From Bacteroidales bacterium (GTDB lineage Bacteria > Bacteroidota > Bacteroidia > Bacteroidales > UBA932): a stretch of 64,000 nucleotides of DNA. The translations under genes were made by a program, and so were the position numbers. The notes under the pieces are model-generated. The model was not told where the DNA came from, did not search any database, and worked only from the letters and a program-made list of their open reading frames with translations. Location of the stretch: assembly GCA_017962165.1 (NCBI GenBank), contig JAGCVW010000003.1:7065-71064 (forward strand), in the 5' to 3' direction. Positions 49,304 through 62,763 of this stretch are shown piece after piece (the first letter of the stretch is position 1; every line of letters starts with the position of its first letter).

Positions 49304-49409
49304 TAAAAGCATGACCAGCCTCTGAACCGGCATCGCCTGACAACGCTGCACGTCTGACGGCGACCCTAGTCCGGGAAAATGCCGGTTCAGAGGCAGGTCA
49401 CTGCTTTTA
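49304..49409 (+). repeat. structured intergenic repeat, copy 3
   Basis: IR taaaagcatgacc…gcctctgaaccggcat / atgccggttcagaggc…ggtca…tgctttta enclosing tcgcc…acgctgcacgt…ggcgaccctagtccgggaaaat. Confidence 0.9.
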
Positions 49410-49423
49410 CCTAACATTAGTAG

Positions 49424-52155
<2,732 letters not shown>

Positions 52156-52156
<1 letters not shown>

Positions 52157-53097
52157 TGAAAAAGTCGAGGGTACTTCTTACTGTCCACGAGTATCTTATC
52201 ATCACCCTGGCCTGCTTTATCTTCGGCTGGGCGTGGGAAGGTTTCATGATTCCGTGGGGCATGTCCGCAGGAGGCATGATGGGTCTTTCGACCATCATCC
52301 AGTATGCGACCGGAGGATTGATCCCGGCCCAGTTTACATACATGGGCCTCAATGTCCTGCTTATCGTCATCGCCGTTTTCGCGATGGGCATAGGCTTCGG
52401 GTTCAAGACCATCTACGCCATCCTCATGTCTACGGTGGCGATGCATATCATAGCCAGTATTCCGGGGCTCCAGTGCGCTCCGGGCCAGTTCTTCTATGTA
52501 AAGGACGCGCTGCTGGTCCCGGTGATAGCCGGTACCCTTGAGGCGACAGGCCTGGGTCTTGTCATACGTTTCGGCGGAAGCACTGGGGGCACGGATATCG
52601 TGGCGATAATGATCAACAAATACTACCCGGTCCAGCTGAGCGTGGTATTCCTGATCACGGACCTGATTACGGTAGCCCTGCTCCTCTTCCTTCCCGAAAA
52701 GACCTTTACGGACGCCACCTACGGTGTGGTCGAAATCGTGATTTTCAACCTGCTGATCGACGATATCGTGGGAGGCCACAAATCCACTTTCCAGCTGCTG
52801 GTCTTCTCCGAGAAGTACAAGGAGATAGCCGACCACATCATCAATGATATGGAAAGGGGCGTGACGGTCCTCAAGGCCCAGGGATGGTATACCAAAAAGG
52901 AGAAGAACGTGCTCCTTATCCTTATCAACCGCAGTGAATTCTCTTCGCTGATGAGGGAGATCAAGGCCCTCGATCCGCGTGCGTTCATGTCGGTATCTTC
53001 GACCAAGAGCGTTTACGGCGAAGGATTCGAGGAGATCAAGGGCGGAATGAACGACGCCAAATCGCTGATTAAAAAAGATACAAAGAATGAAGCTTAA
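52156..53097 (+). CDS. YitT family membrane protein
   Basis: GGSTGGTDIV, RGVT…GWY, DPRAF. Confidence 0.88.
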
Positions 53098-54025
53098 CAC
53101 TAAAAAGATACTTGTCGGGGTCAAGGAATACGCCTTGATCACCTTCGGCATCCTTTGCTACGTCCTGGGATGGAGTATTTTCCTTGTGCCCAATCACCTC
53201 GTCGGCGGCGGCGTTACCGGTATCGCTTCGATCATCCAGTACGCGACGCATGGTTTCGTGAAGATGGGTTACACCTATTTCGCACTTAATGTGGTTTTGC
53301 TGATTATCGCCCTTATTACCCTTGGGCGCAATTTCGGAGTCAAGACGGTATACGCCATCCTGATCGCATCGGTCGGACTCAACGTCTTCCAGGACATCAT
53401 CCCGGCGGCGTTCATCGAGCAGATCGCCCTGGCCAACGGCAAACTTATGAGCACCATCATGGGCGCAATCCTGGTGGGTTTCGGAATAGGCCTTACGATG
53501 TCGCAGGGAGGCAGTACGGGCGGAACTGACATTATAGCGCTCGTAGTGAACAAGTACCGCAACGTCTCGCCCGGACGCATGGTCCTTATCACAGATGCCG
53601 TGATTATCCTGTCTTCGCTGCTCGTCCCTTCGTTCGGTGCGGACGGGCAGGCGCTCCCGCTCGTCGAGAAGATAACCACCGTTGTGTACGGTTTCGTGCT
53701 TATCTCCCTTGTCAGCGCCGTGCTTGACCTCACGATCCAGGGTTCAAGGCAGAGCGTGCAACTCTTCGTCCTGTCCAAGCACTACAGGGAAATTGCCGAC
53801 ATGATTACCGAAACTCTCCACAGGGGAGTGACAGTGCTCGACGGAAAAGGCTGGTACACCAAGGAAAATACCGAGGTGCTGATGGTCATCACCAGGAAGA
53901 ACGACCTTAATGTACTTTTGCGCGAAATCAAGCGCATTGATCCCAATGCGTTCCTTTCAGTCTCGTCTGTAACGGGTGTCTACGGCAAAGGCTTCGAGTC
54001 AATCAAAAGTGGACGAAAAAAATAA
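53087..54025 (+). CDS. YitT family membrane protein
   Basis: GGSTGGTDII, RGVT…GWY, DPNAF. Confidence 0.88.
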   Translation: MKLNTKKILVGVKEYALITFGILCYVLGWSIFLVPNHLVGGGVTGIASIIQYATHGFVKMGYTYFALNVVLLIIALITLGRNFGVKTVYAILIASVGLNVFQDIIPAAFIEQIALANGKLMSTIMGAILVGFGIGLTMSQGGSTGGTDIIALVVNKYRNVSPGRMVLITDAVIILSSLLVPSFGADGQALPLVEKITTVVYGFVLISLVSAVLDLTIQGSRQSVQLFVLSKHYREIADMITETLHRGVTVLDGKGWYTKENTEVLMVITRKNDLNVLLREIKRIDPNAFLSVSSVTGVYGKGFESIKSGRKK

Positions 54026-54060
54026 TTTTCATAAAAACCCGTCACAAATATTATTTTAAG

Positions 54061-54093
54061 TCCTGCCACAGTATGTTGTGGCAGGATTTTTTT
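54061..54093 (+). terminator. intrinsic terminator of leuS-yitT operon
   Basis: tcctgccaca-N6-tgtggcagga-T7. Confidence 0.7.
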
Positions 54094-54125
54094 GATATAT
54101 TTGCCCTGGACCAACAATTGAGACT

Positions 54126-54602
54126 ATGAATCTGTTCGCACTTTTCAGAAGGCGCAGCCCTTCTCCTCCTTCCCGCCCGGCTTCTCCCGACCTGTCGTAT
54201 CTGGAAGACAACTATCCCAGGATGACGACGCTGTATTCGAGAGTGCTGACCATGATGGAGGAGAAAAAGCCGTGGCTGGACGGTGATTTCTGCGTCGGGC
54301 AGCTCGCAAAGCGCCTGTTCTGCAACAGGGCCTTCCTCTCGAAGACAATCAACATATGTTCGGGCCACAACTTCCGCTGGCTCGTCAACTACTACAGGGT
54401 GCTGTACGCTTCGTCCCTTATGAAAGACGACCCTTACCTTAAGATAGAGGAGGTGGCAAAAATGTCGGGATTCAACACTCTCCCGACATTCAATTCAGCC
54501 TTCAAGTATGTGATGAAGGAAAGGCCCAGCGAGTATATGGGCCGGTTCAGGAATTCTCTTCTTGGGCCACTCCCTTCCAGGAGCAGGGCACTTCGGCAGT
54601 AA
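54126..54602 (+). CDS. AraC-family HTH protein (DNA-binding domain only)
   Basis: LAKRL…NRAFLSKTIN…NF…VNYYRV…VAKMSGFN…FNSAFK; own TATATTTG promoter. Confidence 0.8.
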   Translation: MNLFALFRRRSPSPPSRPASPDLSYLEDNYPRMTTLYSRVLTMMEEKKPWLDGDFCVGQLAKRLFCNRAFLSKTINICSGHNFRWLVNYYRVLYASSLMKDDPYLKIEEVAKMSGFNTLPTFNSAFKYVMKERPSEYMGRFRNSLLGPLPSRSRALRQ

Positions 54603-55269
54603 CTGTAAGGGGCTCCCTGCGGACAGGGTGGATGAAGCTTATGCTTCTGGCGTGGAGGCAGATTCCTCCGTCCGGGTTGGAACGCGGAGCTCCGTATTTG
54701 AGGTCGCCCTTGATAGGGCAGCCCAGGTGGCTGAGCTGGCAGCGTATCTGGTGGTGCCGGCCGGTGAGCAGTTCAACCTCTATAAGATGATAGCGGTCGG
54801 TGCTCCGAAGGTATTTATAGTTGAGTTTGGCGAGCTTGGCTCCGTCTCGTCCGGCGGAGACTATATAGGATTTGTTCTGCTTTTCGTTGCGGATAAGCCA
54901 GTCTTCAAGATGGCCTTCTGGAGCCTGTGGCTTAGAACAGCACAGCGCCCAGTAGGTCTTGTGCGCCTCCGAAGTGCGGAAGGCTTCGCAGAGCCTGCTG
55001 AGTGCCTTGGATGTCTTGGCGAAAACGCACACCCCGCTCACCGGCCTGTCGAGGCGGTGGGGAACTCCCATGAAAACATTGCCGGGCTTTGAGTCGCGCG
55101 CAGCGATATAGGCCTTAAGCGTCTCGGCCAGACATTCGTCGCCGGTCTTGTCAGCCTGGACTATCTCCCCGACTTTTTTGTTGACGACGATCAGGTGGTT
55201 GTCTTCAAAAAGAATCCGGGACTCAAGGTCCCGGATCTCGTTTTCTGAAAGTGTGCGGTAAAGAGCCAC
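54547..55269 (-). CDS. RluA-family pseudouridine synthase
   Basis: HRLDRPVSG, TGRHHQIR, GDLKYG; GTG start. Confidence 0.9.
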   Translation of the reverse strand: MALYRTLSENEIRDLESRILFEDNHLIVVNKKVGEIVQADKTGDECLAETLKAYIAARDSKPGNVFMGVPHRLDRPVSGVCVFAKTSKALSRLCEAFRTSEAHKTYWALCCSKPQAPEGHLEDWLIRNEKQNKSYIVSAGRDGAKLAKLNYKYLRSTDRYHLIEVELLTGRHHQIRCQLSHLGCPIKGDLKYGAPRSNPDGGICLHARSISFIHPVRREPLTVTAEVPCSWKGVAQEENS

Positions 55270-55271
55270 AA

Positions 55272-55892
55272 TTACTGGATGCTGACGTTTACGCGCTTCT
55301 GGTCGCCGTCGGCCTTGCGGGGGTTAGCTGCAACCTTGACGTTGCGGGCGGGAACCTGGTTGGCGAAGAGCCATCCCTTGACGAGGTTTGCACGCTCGAC
55401 TGCGATAGCTGCATTGTGCTCAGCCTTGGATGCTCCTTCGGGAGCGGTCTTGGTTCCGTCGTTCGAGTAGGCCTCGATGAGGATAACCGCCTTCTTGTCG
55501 GTAGCGCTCCAGACGTTGATAAACTCCTTCAGGGTCTCTTTCGCGTCTTCGCTGAGGCTGCACATCTCGTTTGCGTAGAGAAGGCCTGCGGTAGGGACTG
55601 CGAAAGTCTCAGAGCCGTAAGCGGTAGCTTTCTTGGCCTGGGCGAGAGCCTCGCGGTAAGCCTCTGCTCCGTCTGCTACGGTCTCGCCAGCGACTGCAGT
55701 AACGGCTTCGCTGAGTTCGAAGGTGCGGGCGGCAAGCCTTGCGGCCTCTTCCTCTGCTGCTTTCTGCCTTGCGGCTTCCTCAGCTGCGATCCTTGCGGCC
55801 TCTTCGGCTTTCTTCTTCTTGGACTGGCAGGAAACGGGCACGATTACGAGGGCTGCGAGAACTGCCACTTTGAAAATGTTGTTCAGTTTCAT
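55272..55892 (-). CDS. OmpA-like C-terminal domain lipoprotein (Pal-like, divergent)
   Basis: Lipobox PVSC; EEAAR helix; IEAYS…ERANLVKGWL…KRVNV. Confidence 0.6.
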   Translation of the reverse strand: MKLNNIFKVAVLAALVIVPVSCQSKKKKAEEAARIAAEEAARQKAAEEEAARLAARTFELSEAVTAVAGETVADGAEAYREALAQAKKATAYGSETFAVPTAGLLYANEMCSLSEDAKETLKEFINVWSATDKKAVILIEAYSNDGTKTAPEGASKAEHNAAIAVERANLVKGWLFANQVPARNVKVAANPRKADGDQKRVNVSIQ

Positions 55893-55982
55893 AATAGGTA
55901 TGTGTTTATATTTTTATCCAAACTAACCGTTAATCGCTGCGAAGATAATGATTTTCCCAAACAATTCAAAAAAATAATAAAA

Positions 55983-56022
55983 TGACAAAATGTCACAAAT
56001 CTGCGGGTGGCACGGGTTTCGA
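55983..56022 (+). promoter_or_regulatory. TGACA-N3-TGTCA palindrome plus sigma54-like motif upstream of dnaK
   Basis: tgacaaaatgtca (55983-95), N12, TGGCAC-N5-TCGA (56008-22). Confidence 0.55.
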
Positions 56023-56082
56023 AGATGTGGATGTGTCCTTCGGATGAAGGCTTTGTAAGACAAATTGTAAAAAACAGATATT

Positions 56083-57972
<1,890 letters not shown>

Positions 57973-57987
57973 ACCGGTCCGGATCTG

Positions 57988-58039
57988 AAAGTTGGCACTA
58001 ACCTGCGGAGATTCCCGCTGGTTAGTGCCAACTTTTTTT
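57988..58039 (+). terminator. intrinsic terminator after dnaK
   Basis: aaagttggcactaacc…ggttagtgccaacttt plus T run. Confidence 0.8.
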
Positions 58040-58064
58040 CCTATCTTTGCCAAAAGCTCATGCC

Positions 58065-59699
58065 ATGAAAAGATCGGTATTATATACAGTATTCGCGGCC
58101 CTGGCGCTGGTCGCCTGCGACCCTGAAGACCTGAACGGCCTCCTTCCCGGCGACGACCCTGCCCAGCATCAGGAGCAGCCCGGTCCGGAGCCTGTGGACA
58201 CTACAGAAACTCCCGCTCCGGTTGACACGACCGTCGCGCCTCCGGTTTTTGAGCCGGTTACGATATATTATGAGAATTTCGACGCCTCTGACAGTTTCAG
58301 CGGCTTTTTGTCCAATTCAGGGTGGAGCAATGTCTCCGGAGAGGGCGTCTCGGCGGTTTCGTACGACAGCTGGAACGGCAGTATACGCAACGACAATTAC
58401 GGCTCGGCCGGCAACATCGGGACGTATGACGGTGCTTCCGGCAAGTGTTATGCCCGCATCTACCAGAATAACAATGGCGTGATGGGCCATCTGACAGTCT
58501 CCGGAATATCGCCCTGCGGCGCCAAAGACTTCAGGCTCAGTTTCGGAGCCGCCCAGGGTTCCGAAGTGCTGAAAGTGGAAGCGAGCGAAGACGGCCAGGA
58601 ATGGACTGAGATCGGCTATACTTTTACGCAGAACTACAACCACTGGGGCCTGGCTTCCGGTACTTTCTCATTCGCGGAAGTTCCTGATGCCATATGTCTG
58701 CAATTCACGCTTGTCGCCGGAAAGGATGCCTACCAGTACGGCGCCAACATCGACGACCTTAAGCTGGAGACGGCTGAAACGCAGTCGTCGACTGTCATCA
58801 CCACCGGCGGACAGACCGAAACGGGCTACCGTTACCCGGAACTGCCAGTATTTGACACGTCCAACAAAGATTTCTACTACAACACACTGTACACGACTAC
58901 GGTAAGGAGCGGGCAGCATGTCCGCAATTTCTCATTCTGCTACGACACCCGTCGCCACAACCCGGTCTGGGTCGCATTCCCTATGCACAGCATCTACTGC
59001 GAGGGCAGCGGCCGTTCGAAGGATGAGAACGGCAACGACCCCTGGATGGAGTATCCGGATCTTCCCCTGAGCCAGCAGTCCATCATCTGGGATATTGCCT
59101 GCGACGGTTACCAGTACTGGTCATGCGAATGCTCCCTGCTTGGAGGCAACGGAATGTGGACCAAAGGCCACCTCTGCATGTCGTCGAGCCGTTCCGGTGC
59201 GGGGGAGGAGATCAATCTTCAGACCTTCTATCCCGTGAATATCGCGCCGCAGTCGAACAGCTACGCCGGCATCTTCAGCAATATCTGGAGCCAGACGGAA
59301 GACCTGCACTGGCAGCGCGGCACCCAGATCTGCCAGGACACTCTTTATGTAGTCGCAGGCTGCTACTATGAGACCGACGACAACGTAGAGTACGACGCCT
59401 GCAACTACAACAAGAGAAGCGCGTATTCCAAACCGTGCATTATCCCCACGCATCAGTACAAGCTCCTGCTCCGTACCCGTTCCGGCTATACCGGCAAGAA
59501 GGTGCAGGATTGCACAGCGGGCGAACTGAAGACCATAGGCTTCTGGATGGACGCCGTGATTCCTTCCGGCTCGTCCGCTGACATTAATGATTATGCCATG
59601 TCGGTTTCCGAAATCGAGCGCATCACCGGCCTGACCTTCTTCCCGGACATTCCCGCCGAGGCCAAGAACCAGTGCGTCCCTTCAGACTGGGGACTGTAA
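58065..59699 (+). CDS. DNA/RNA non-specific endonuclease lipoprotein
   Basis: Lipobox LVAC-DPED; RNFSFCYD, WVAFP, KGHL, NIAPQ, SEIERITGLTFF. Confidence 0.85.
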   Translation: MKRSVLYTVFAALALVACDPEDLNGLLPGDDPAQHQEQPGPEPVDTTETPAPVDTTVAPPVFEPVTIYYENFDASDSFSGFLSNSGWSNVSGEGVSAVSYDSWNGSIRNDNYGSAGNIGTYDGASGKCYARIYQNNNGVMGHLTVSGISPCGAKDFRLSFGAAQGSEVLKVEASEDGQEWTEIGYTFTQNYNHWGLASGTFSFAEVPDAICLQFTLVAGKDAYQYGANIDDLKLETAETQSSTVITTGGQTETGYRYPELPVFDTSNKDFYYNTLYTTTVRSGQHVRNFSFCYDTRRHNPVWVAFPMHSIYCEGSGRSKDENGNDPWMEYPDLPLSQQSIIWDIACDGYQYWSCECSLLGGNGMWTKGHLCMSSSRSGAGEEINLQTFYPVNIAPQSNSYAGIFSNIWSQTEDLHWQRGTQICQDTLYVVAGCYYETDDNVEYDACNYNKRSAYSKPCIIPTHQYKLLLRTRSGYTGKKVQDCTAGELKTIGFWMDAVIPSGSSADINDYAMSVSEIERITGLTFFPDIPAEAKNQCVPSDWGL

Positions 59700-59704
59700 A
59701 CAAC

Positions 59705-59736
59705 AAAAACCCCGCTCGGCCGAGCGGGGTTTTTTT
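59705..59736. terminator. bidirectional terminator
   Basis: Perfect 30-bp palindrome aaaaaccccgctcgg|ccgagcggggttttt between convergent genes. Confidence 0.85.
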
Positions 59737-59756
59737 ATTGTCACTGATTCTAACGG

Positions 59757-60755
59757 TTAAGCTTTGCCGTCGGAGCCGAGGACGTTGATGATCTTGTGCA
59801 TGTAGAGCTTCTTCATCTCGTCGCGGGCGGGACCGAGGTACTTGCGCGGGTCGAACTCGCCGGGTTTGTCGTGGAAGACCTTCCTGATAGCGGCGGTCAT
59901 CGCAAGACGGCTGTCGGAGTCGATGTTGATCTTGCAGACTGCGCTCTTCGAGGCTTCGCGGAGCTGCTCCTCGGGGATACCGACTGCATCGGGAAGTTTT
60001 CCGCCGAGTTCGTTGATCATATCGACATATTCCTGAGGAACGGAGCTTGAGCCGTGGAGGACGATAGGGAAGCCGGGGAGTTTCTTCTCGATCTCATGGA
60101 GAACGTTGAATGCGAGCGGCGGGGGTACCAGACGGCCCGTCTTCGGGTCGAGGGTGCACTGCTCACGGGTGAACTTGTATGCTCCGTGGGATGTTCCGAT
60201 GGAGATTGCGAGGGAGTCGCAGCCGGTGCGGGTGGCGAAGTCGATGACTTCCTCGGGTTTTGTGTAGTGGGACTCCGCGGCGGAAACCTCGTCCTCGACG
60301 CCTGCGAGAACGCCGAGCTCGGCCTCGACTGTTACGTCGAACTGGTGTGCGTAGTCAACGACCTTCTTCGTAAGGGCGATGTTCTCCTCGTAAGGGAGGG
60401 AGGAAGCATCGATCATCACTGAGCTGAAGCCCATGTCGACGCAGCTCTTGCAGGTCTCGAAGCTGTCGCCATGGTCGAGATGGAGCACGATCTGGGGCTT
60501 CTCCCAGCCGAGTTCCTTAGCGTACTCAACGGCACCCTCTGCCATGTAGCGGAGAAGGGTCTGGTTAGCATAGTTGCGTGCGCCCTTGCTGACCTGGAGA
60601 ATAACGGGAGACTTTGTCTCTGCCGCGGCCTGGATGATGGCCTGGAGCTGCTCCATATTGTTGAAGTTGAATGCGGGGATTGCGTATCCGCCGGCTACGG
60701 CCTTCTTGAACATTTCACGGGTGTTCACAAGGCCAAGTTCTTTGTAAGATACCAT
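59757..60755 (-). CDS. fba: class II fructose-bisphosphate aldolase
   Basis: LHLDHG, VEAELG, GTSHGAYK, VLHGSS, KINIDSD. Confidence 0.96.
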   Translation of the reverse strand: MVSYKELGLVNTREMFKKAVAGGYAIPAFNFNNMEQLQAIIQAAAETKSPVILQVSKGARNYANQTLLRYMAEGAVEYAKELGWEKPQIVLHLDHGDSFETCKSCVDMGFSSVMIDASSLPYEENIALTKKVVDYAHQFDVTVEAELGVLAGVEDEVSAAESHYTKPEEVIDFATRTGCDSLAISIGTSHGAYKFTREQCTLDPKTGRLVPPPLAFNVLHEIEKKLPGFPIVLHGSSSVPQEYVDMINELGGKLPDAVGIPEEQLREASKSAVCKINIDSDSRLAMTAAIRKVFHDKPGEFDPRKYLGPARDEMKKLYMHKIINVLGSDGKA

Positions 60756-60826
60756 AACTGTATAAAGGGTTTAGAATTTCCTTAAATCTCACAAATTTAC
60801 TAATTTTACGGAAATCTTCACACAGA

Positions 60827-61393
60827 ATGAACGGCAAAGTAGTGATTTTTTCCGCCCCGTCAGGCGCAGGCAAGAGCACGGTGGTCCACCACCTCCTCGG
60901 GCTCCATCCCGAATTCGAATTTTCAGTGAGCGCGACCTCCCGCCCGCCGAGGGGCGAAGAAAAAGACGGCGTGGACTACTATTTCATCGACGCCGCCCGT
61001 TTCCGTAAGCTGATTGCCGAGGATGCCTTCGTCGAGCACGAAGAGGTGTACCGCGACCGCTTCTATGGCACGCTTAAATCAGAGGTCGAGCGCATCTGGG
61101 CCAAGGGCCATGTCATTCTGTTCGATGTGGACGTCAAGGGCGGAGCAAATCTCAAGAAGTACTTCGGCCCCGCCGCCCTGTCCGTCCTGATTCTCCCGCC
61201 CAGCATGGAAGTGCTCGAGCAGAGGCTGCGCGGCCGGCAGACCGATACCGAAGAAGCCATACGCGAGCGCCTCGCCAAGGCCCAGTCGGAAATCGATTTC
61301 GCACGCGGCAAGTTCGATCTCGAACTGGTCAACGACGTCCTGGAAAACACCCTGAAGCAGGCCGAAGAGGCTGTAGACAAGTTCCTCGGATGA
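60827..61393 (+). CDS. gmk: guanylate kinase
   Basis: APSGAGKST, SATSRPPR…DGVDYYF, FYGT. Confidence 0.95.
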   Translation: MNGKVVIFSAPSGAGKSTVVHHLLGLHPEFEFSVSATSRPPRGEEKDGVDYYFIDAARFRKLIAEDAFVEHEEVYRDRFYGTLKSEVERIWAKGHVILFDVDVKGGANLKKYFGPAALSVLILPPSMEVLEQRLRGRQTDTEEAIRERLAKAQSEIDFARGKFDLELVNDVLENTLKQAEEAVDKFLG

Positions 61394-61932
61394 GAGTAGC
61401 CGTTTACTCGGGCAGTTTCGACCCGCTCCATATCGGGCATCTCCGGATACTCAGCTGTCTGGAGCAGGATGACCGTTTCGATGCGGTCTACCTGATAGTA
61501 TCCCCGCGCAGCCCTTTCAAGGGTGAGGAGAAGGCCCTGAACGCCCGGGAGCGCTTTGATGCGGCAGTAGCGGCGGTGGGCAGGCATCCGGAACTGACCA
61601 AGGTCCGGGTCGATGACATCGAGCTGTCGATGCCCGCGCCGCACTATACCTGCCGAACGCTCTACGCCCTGAAGGAGCGCGAGCCGGAAAATGAATTCAC
61701 CCTCGTCGTGGGAGCGGACAATCTTGCCGTTTTCGGCGGCTGGCGCGACCACGACCGCATCCTGCTCGAATACGGCCTTATTGTCTTCCCCCGCAATCCT
61801 TTTGATTGCGAGGCTCTTAAAGCTCAATTGCTGGAAGAAAACCCGGACTACCGGATCGAACTGTCCGAAATGCCGCCGGTCGACGTCTCTTCGACCGAAA
61901 TCCGCGAGGGCAGGTCAGGCGTTCTAATGTAA
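61390..61932 (+). CDS. nadD: nicotinate-nucleotide adenylyltransferase
   Basis: GSFDPLHIGH, VGADN, VSSTEIR. Confidence 0.92.
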   Translation: MRVAVYSGSFDPLHIGHLRILSCLEQDDRFDAVYLIVSPRSPFKGEEKALNARERFDAAVAAVGRHPELTKVRVDDIELSMPAPHYTCRTLYALKEREPENEFTLVVGADNLAVFGGWRDHDRILLEYGLIVFPRNPFDCEALKAQLLEENPDYRIELSEMPPVDVSSTEIREGRSGVLM

Positions 61933-62712
61933 GCGCAGCTTCACGACTACCGGCAGATGGTCGGAAGCGGTCCTGGGATTGCCCGACTTGAATTTGGACC
62001 GCACTCCGGCGCGGCCGTAGACATTGTAGACGCAGCTGCCCCTCAACACCATTATATAATCTATGCACGCGCGAGGATTGTCCGACGGGAAAGACAGTCC
62101 GTAGGGCGAAACGATATCCCAGTTCTGCCGGAAATAGTCCATGGTCGGGCTGTCGGGGGCGGCGTTCATGTCGCCGCAAAGAATCACCGGCTTGCCGGTA
62201 AGGGCATGGCGCTCGACGAGCTTTTCCGAAATGACTTCAGCCTGCCTCAGGCGCGAGGCGGCGTCGGCGTAATCGAGGTGGGCGCATGCGAAAATGAAGC
62301 GGTCGGTTTCCACGACGGCGGCGGCGCGCGGCTCGGAGCCCTTGCCCTTGGGCAGCGCGACGGTGTAGCTCTCGCGAACCCGGAAGCGCGGGGACGTGAC
62401 GGCTCCGACCCCATAGCCGCCGCCACCGAAACTCATCGCCTTCCCGAAATGGCCGAACCAGCCCTGGCCCATCTGGGCGACGAACTCGGCAAGCTGGTTC
62501 CGGCGGTTGTTGCGCACTATCGAGCAGCTGTCAATCTCACAAAGGCCGATTACGTCAGCCCTGACCTCGTTCATCATTTCGGCCACCTCAGGGCTGCTGT
62601 TCCTGACATACTTGTTGAAGGCACCGACATTGTACGACACTATGGTGAGAGTGTAAGACCCCCATATGTCGAATATCGAGAACAGTACTGCGAGCAGGAT
62701 TAGCCTTTTCAT
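61924..62712 (-). CDS. exported endonuclease/exonuclease/phosphatase family protein
   Basis: SYNV, LCEID, CGDMNA, IDYI, ASDHLP. Confidence 0.88.
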   Translation of the reverse strand: MKRLILLAVLFSIFDIWGSYTLTIVSYNVGAFNKYVRNSSPEVAEMMNEVRADVIGLCEIDSCSIVRNNRRNQLAEFVAQMGQGWFGHFGKAMSFGGGGYGVGAVTSPRFRVRESYTVALPKGKGSEPRAAAVVETDRFIFACAHLDYADAASRLRQAEVISEKLVERHALTGKPVILCGDMNAAPDSPTMDYFRQNWDIVSPYGLSFPSDNPRACIDYIMVLRGSCVYNVYGRAGVRSKFKSGNPRTASDHLPVVVKLRLH

Positions 62713-62763
62713 TTTCAACAAAGATAACTAAATTTGGAGTTCGGAATATAATTCAAACGTCAT

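Noticed and set aside
17891-49409. Structured repeat as a CRISPR array or hammerhead ribozyme
   Set aside because: Copies are dispersed with no spacers or cas genes; CUGANGA is not conserved among copies
57992-58031. CIRCE-like arms TTGGCACTA/TAGTGCCAA, or a sigma54 site, after dnaK
   Set aside because: Spacer is 22 nt not 9, it lies downstream of the gene and is followed by a T run; GG-GC spacing is 9 not 10. A terminator explains it
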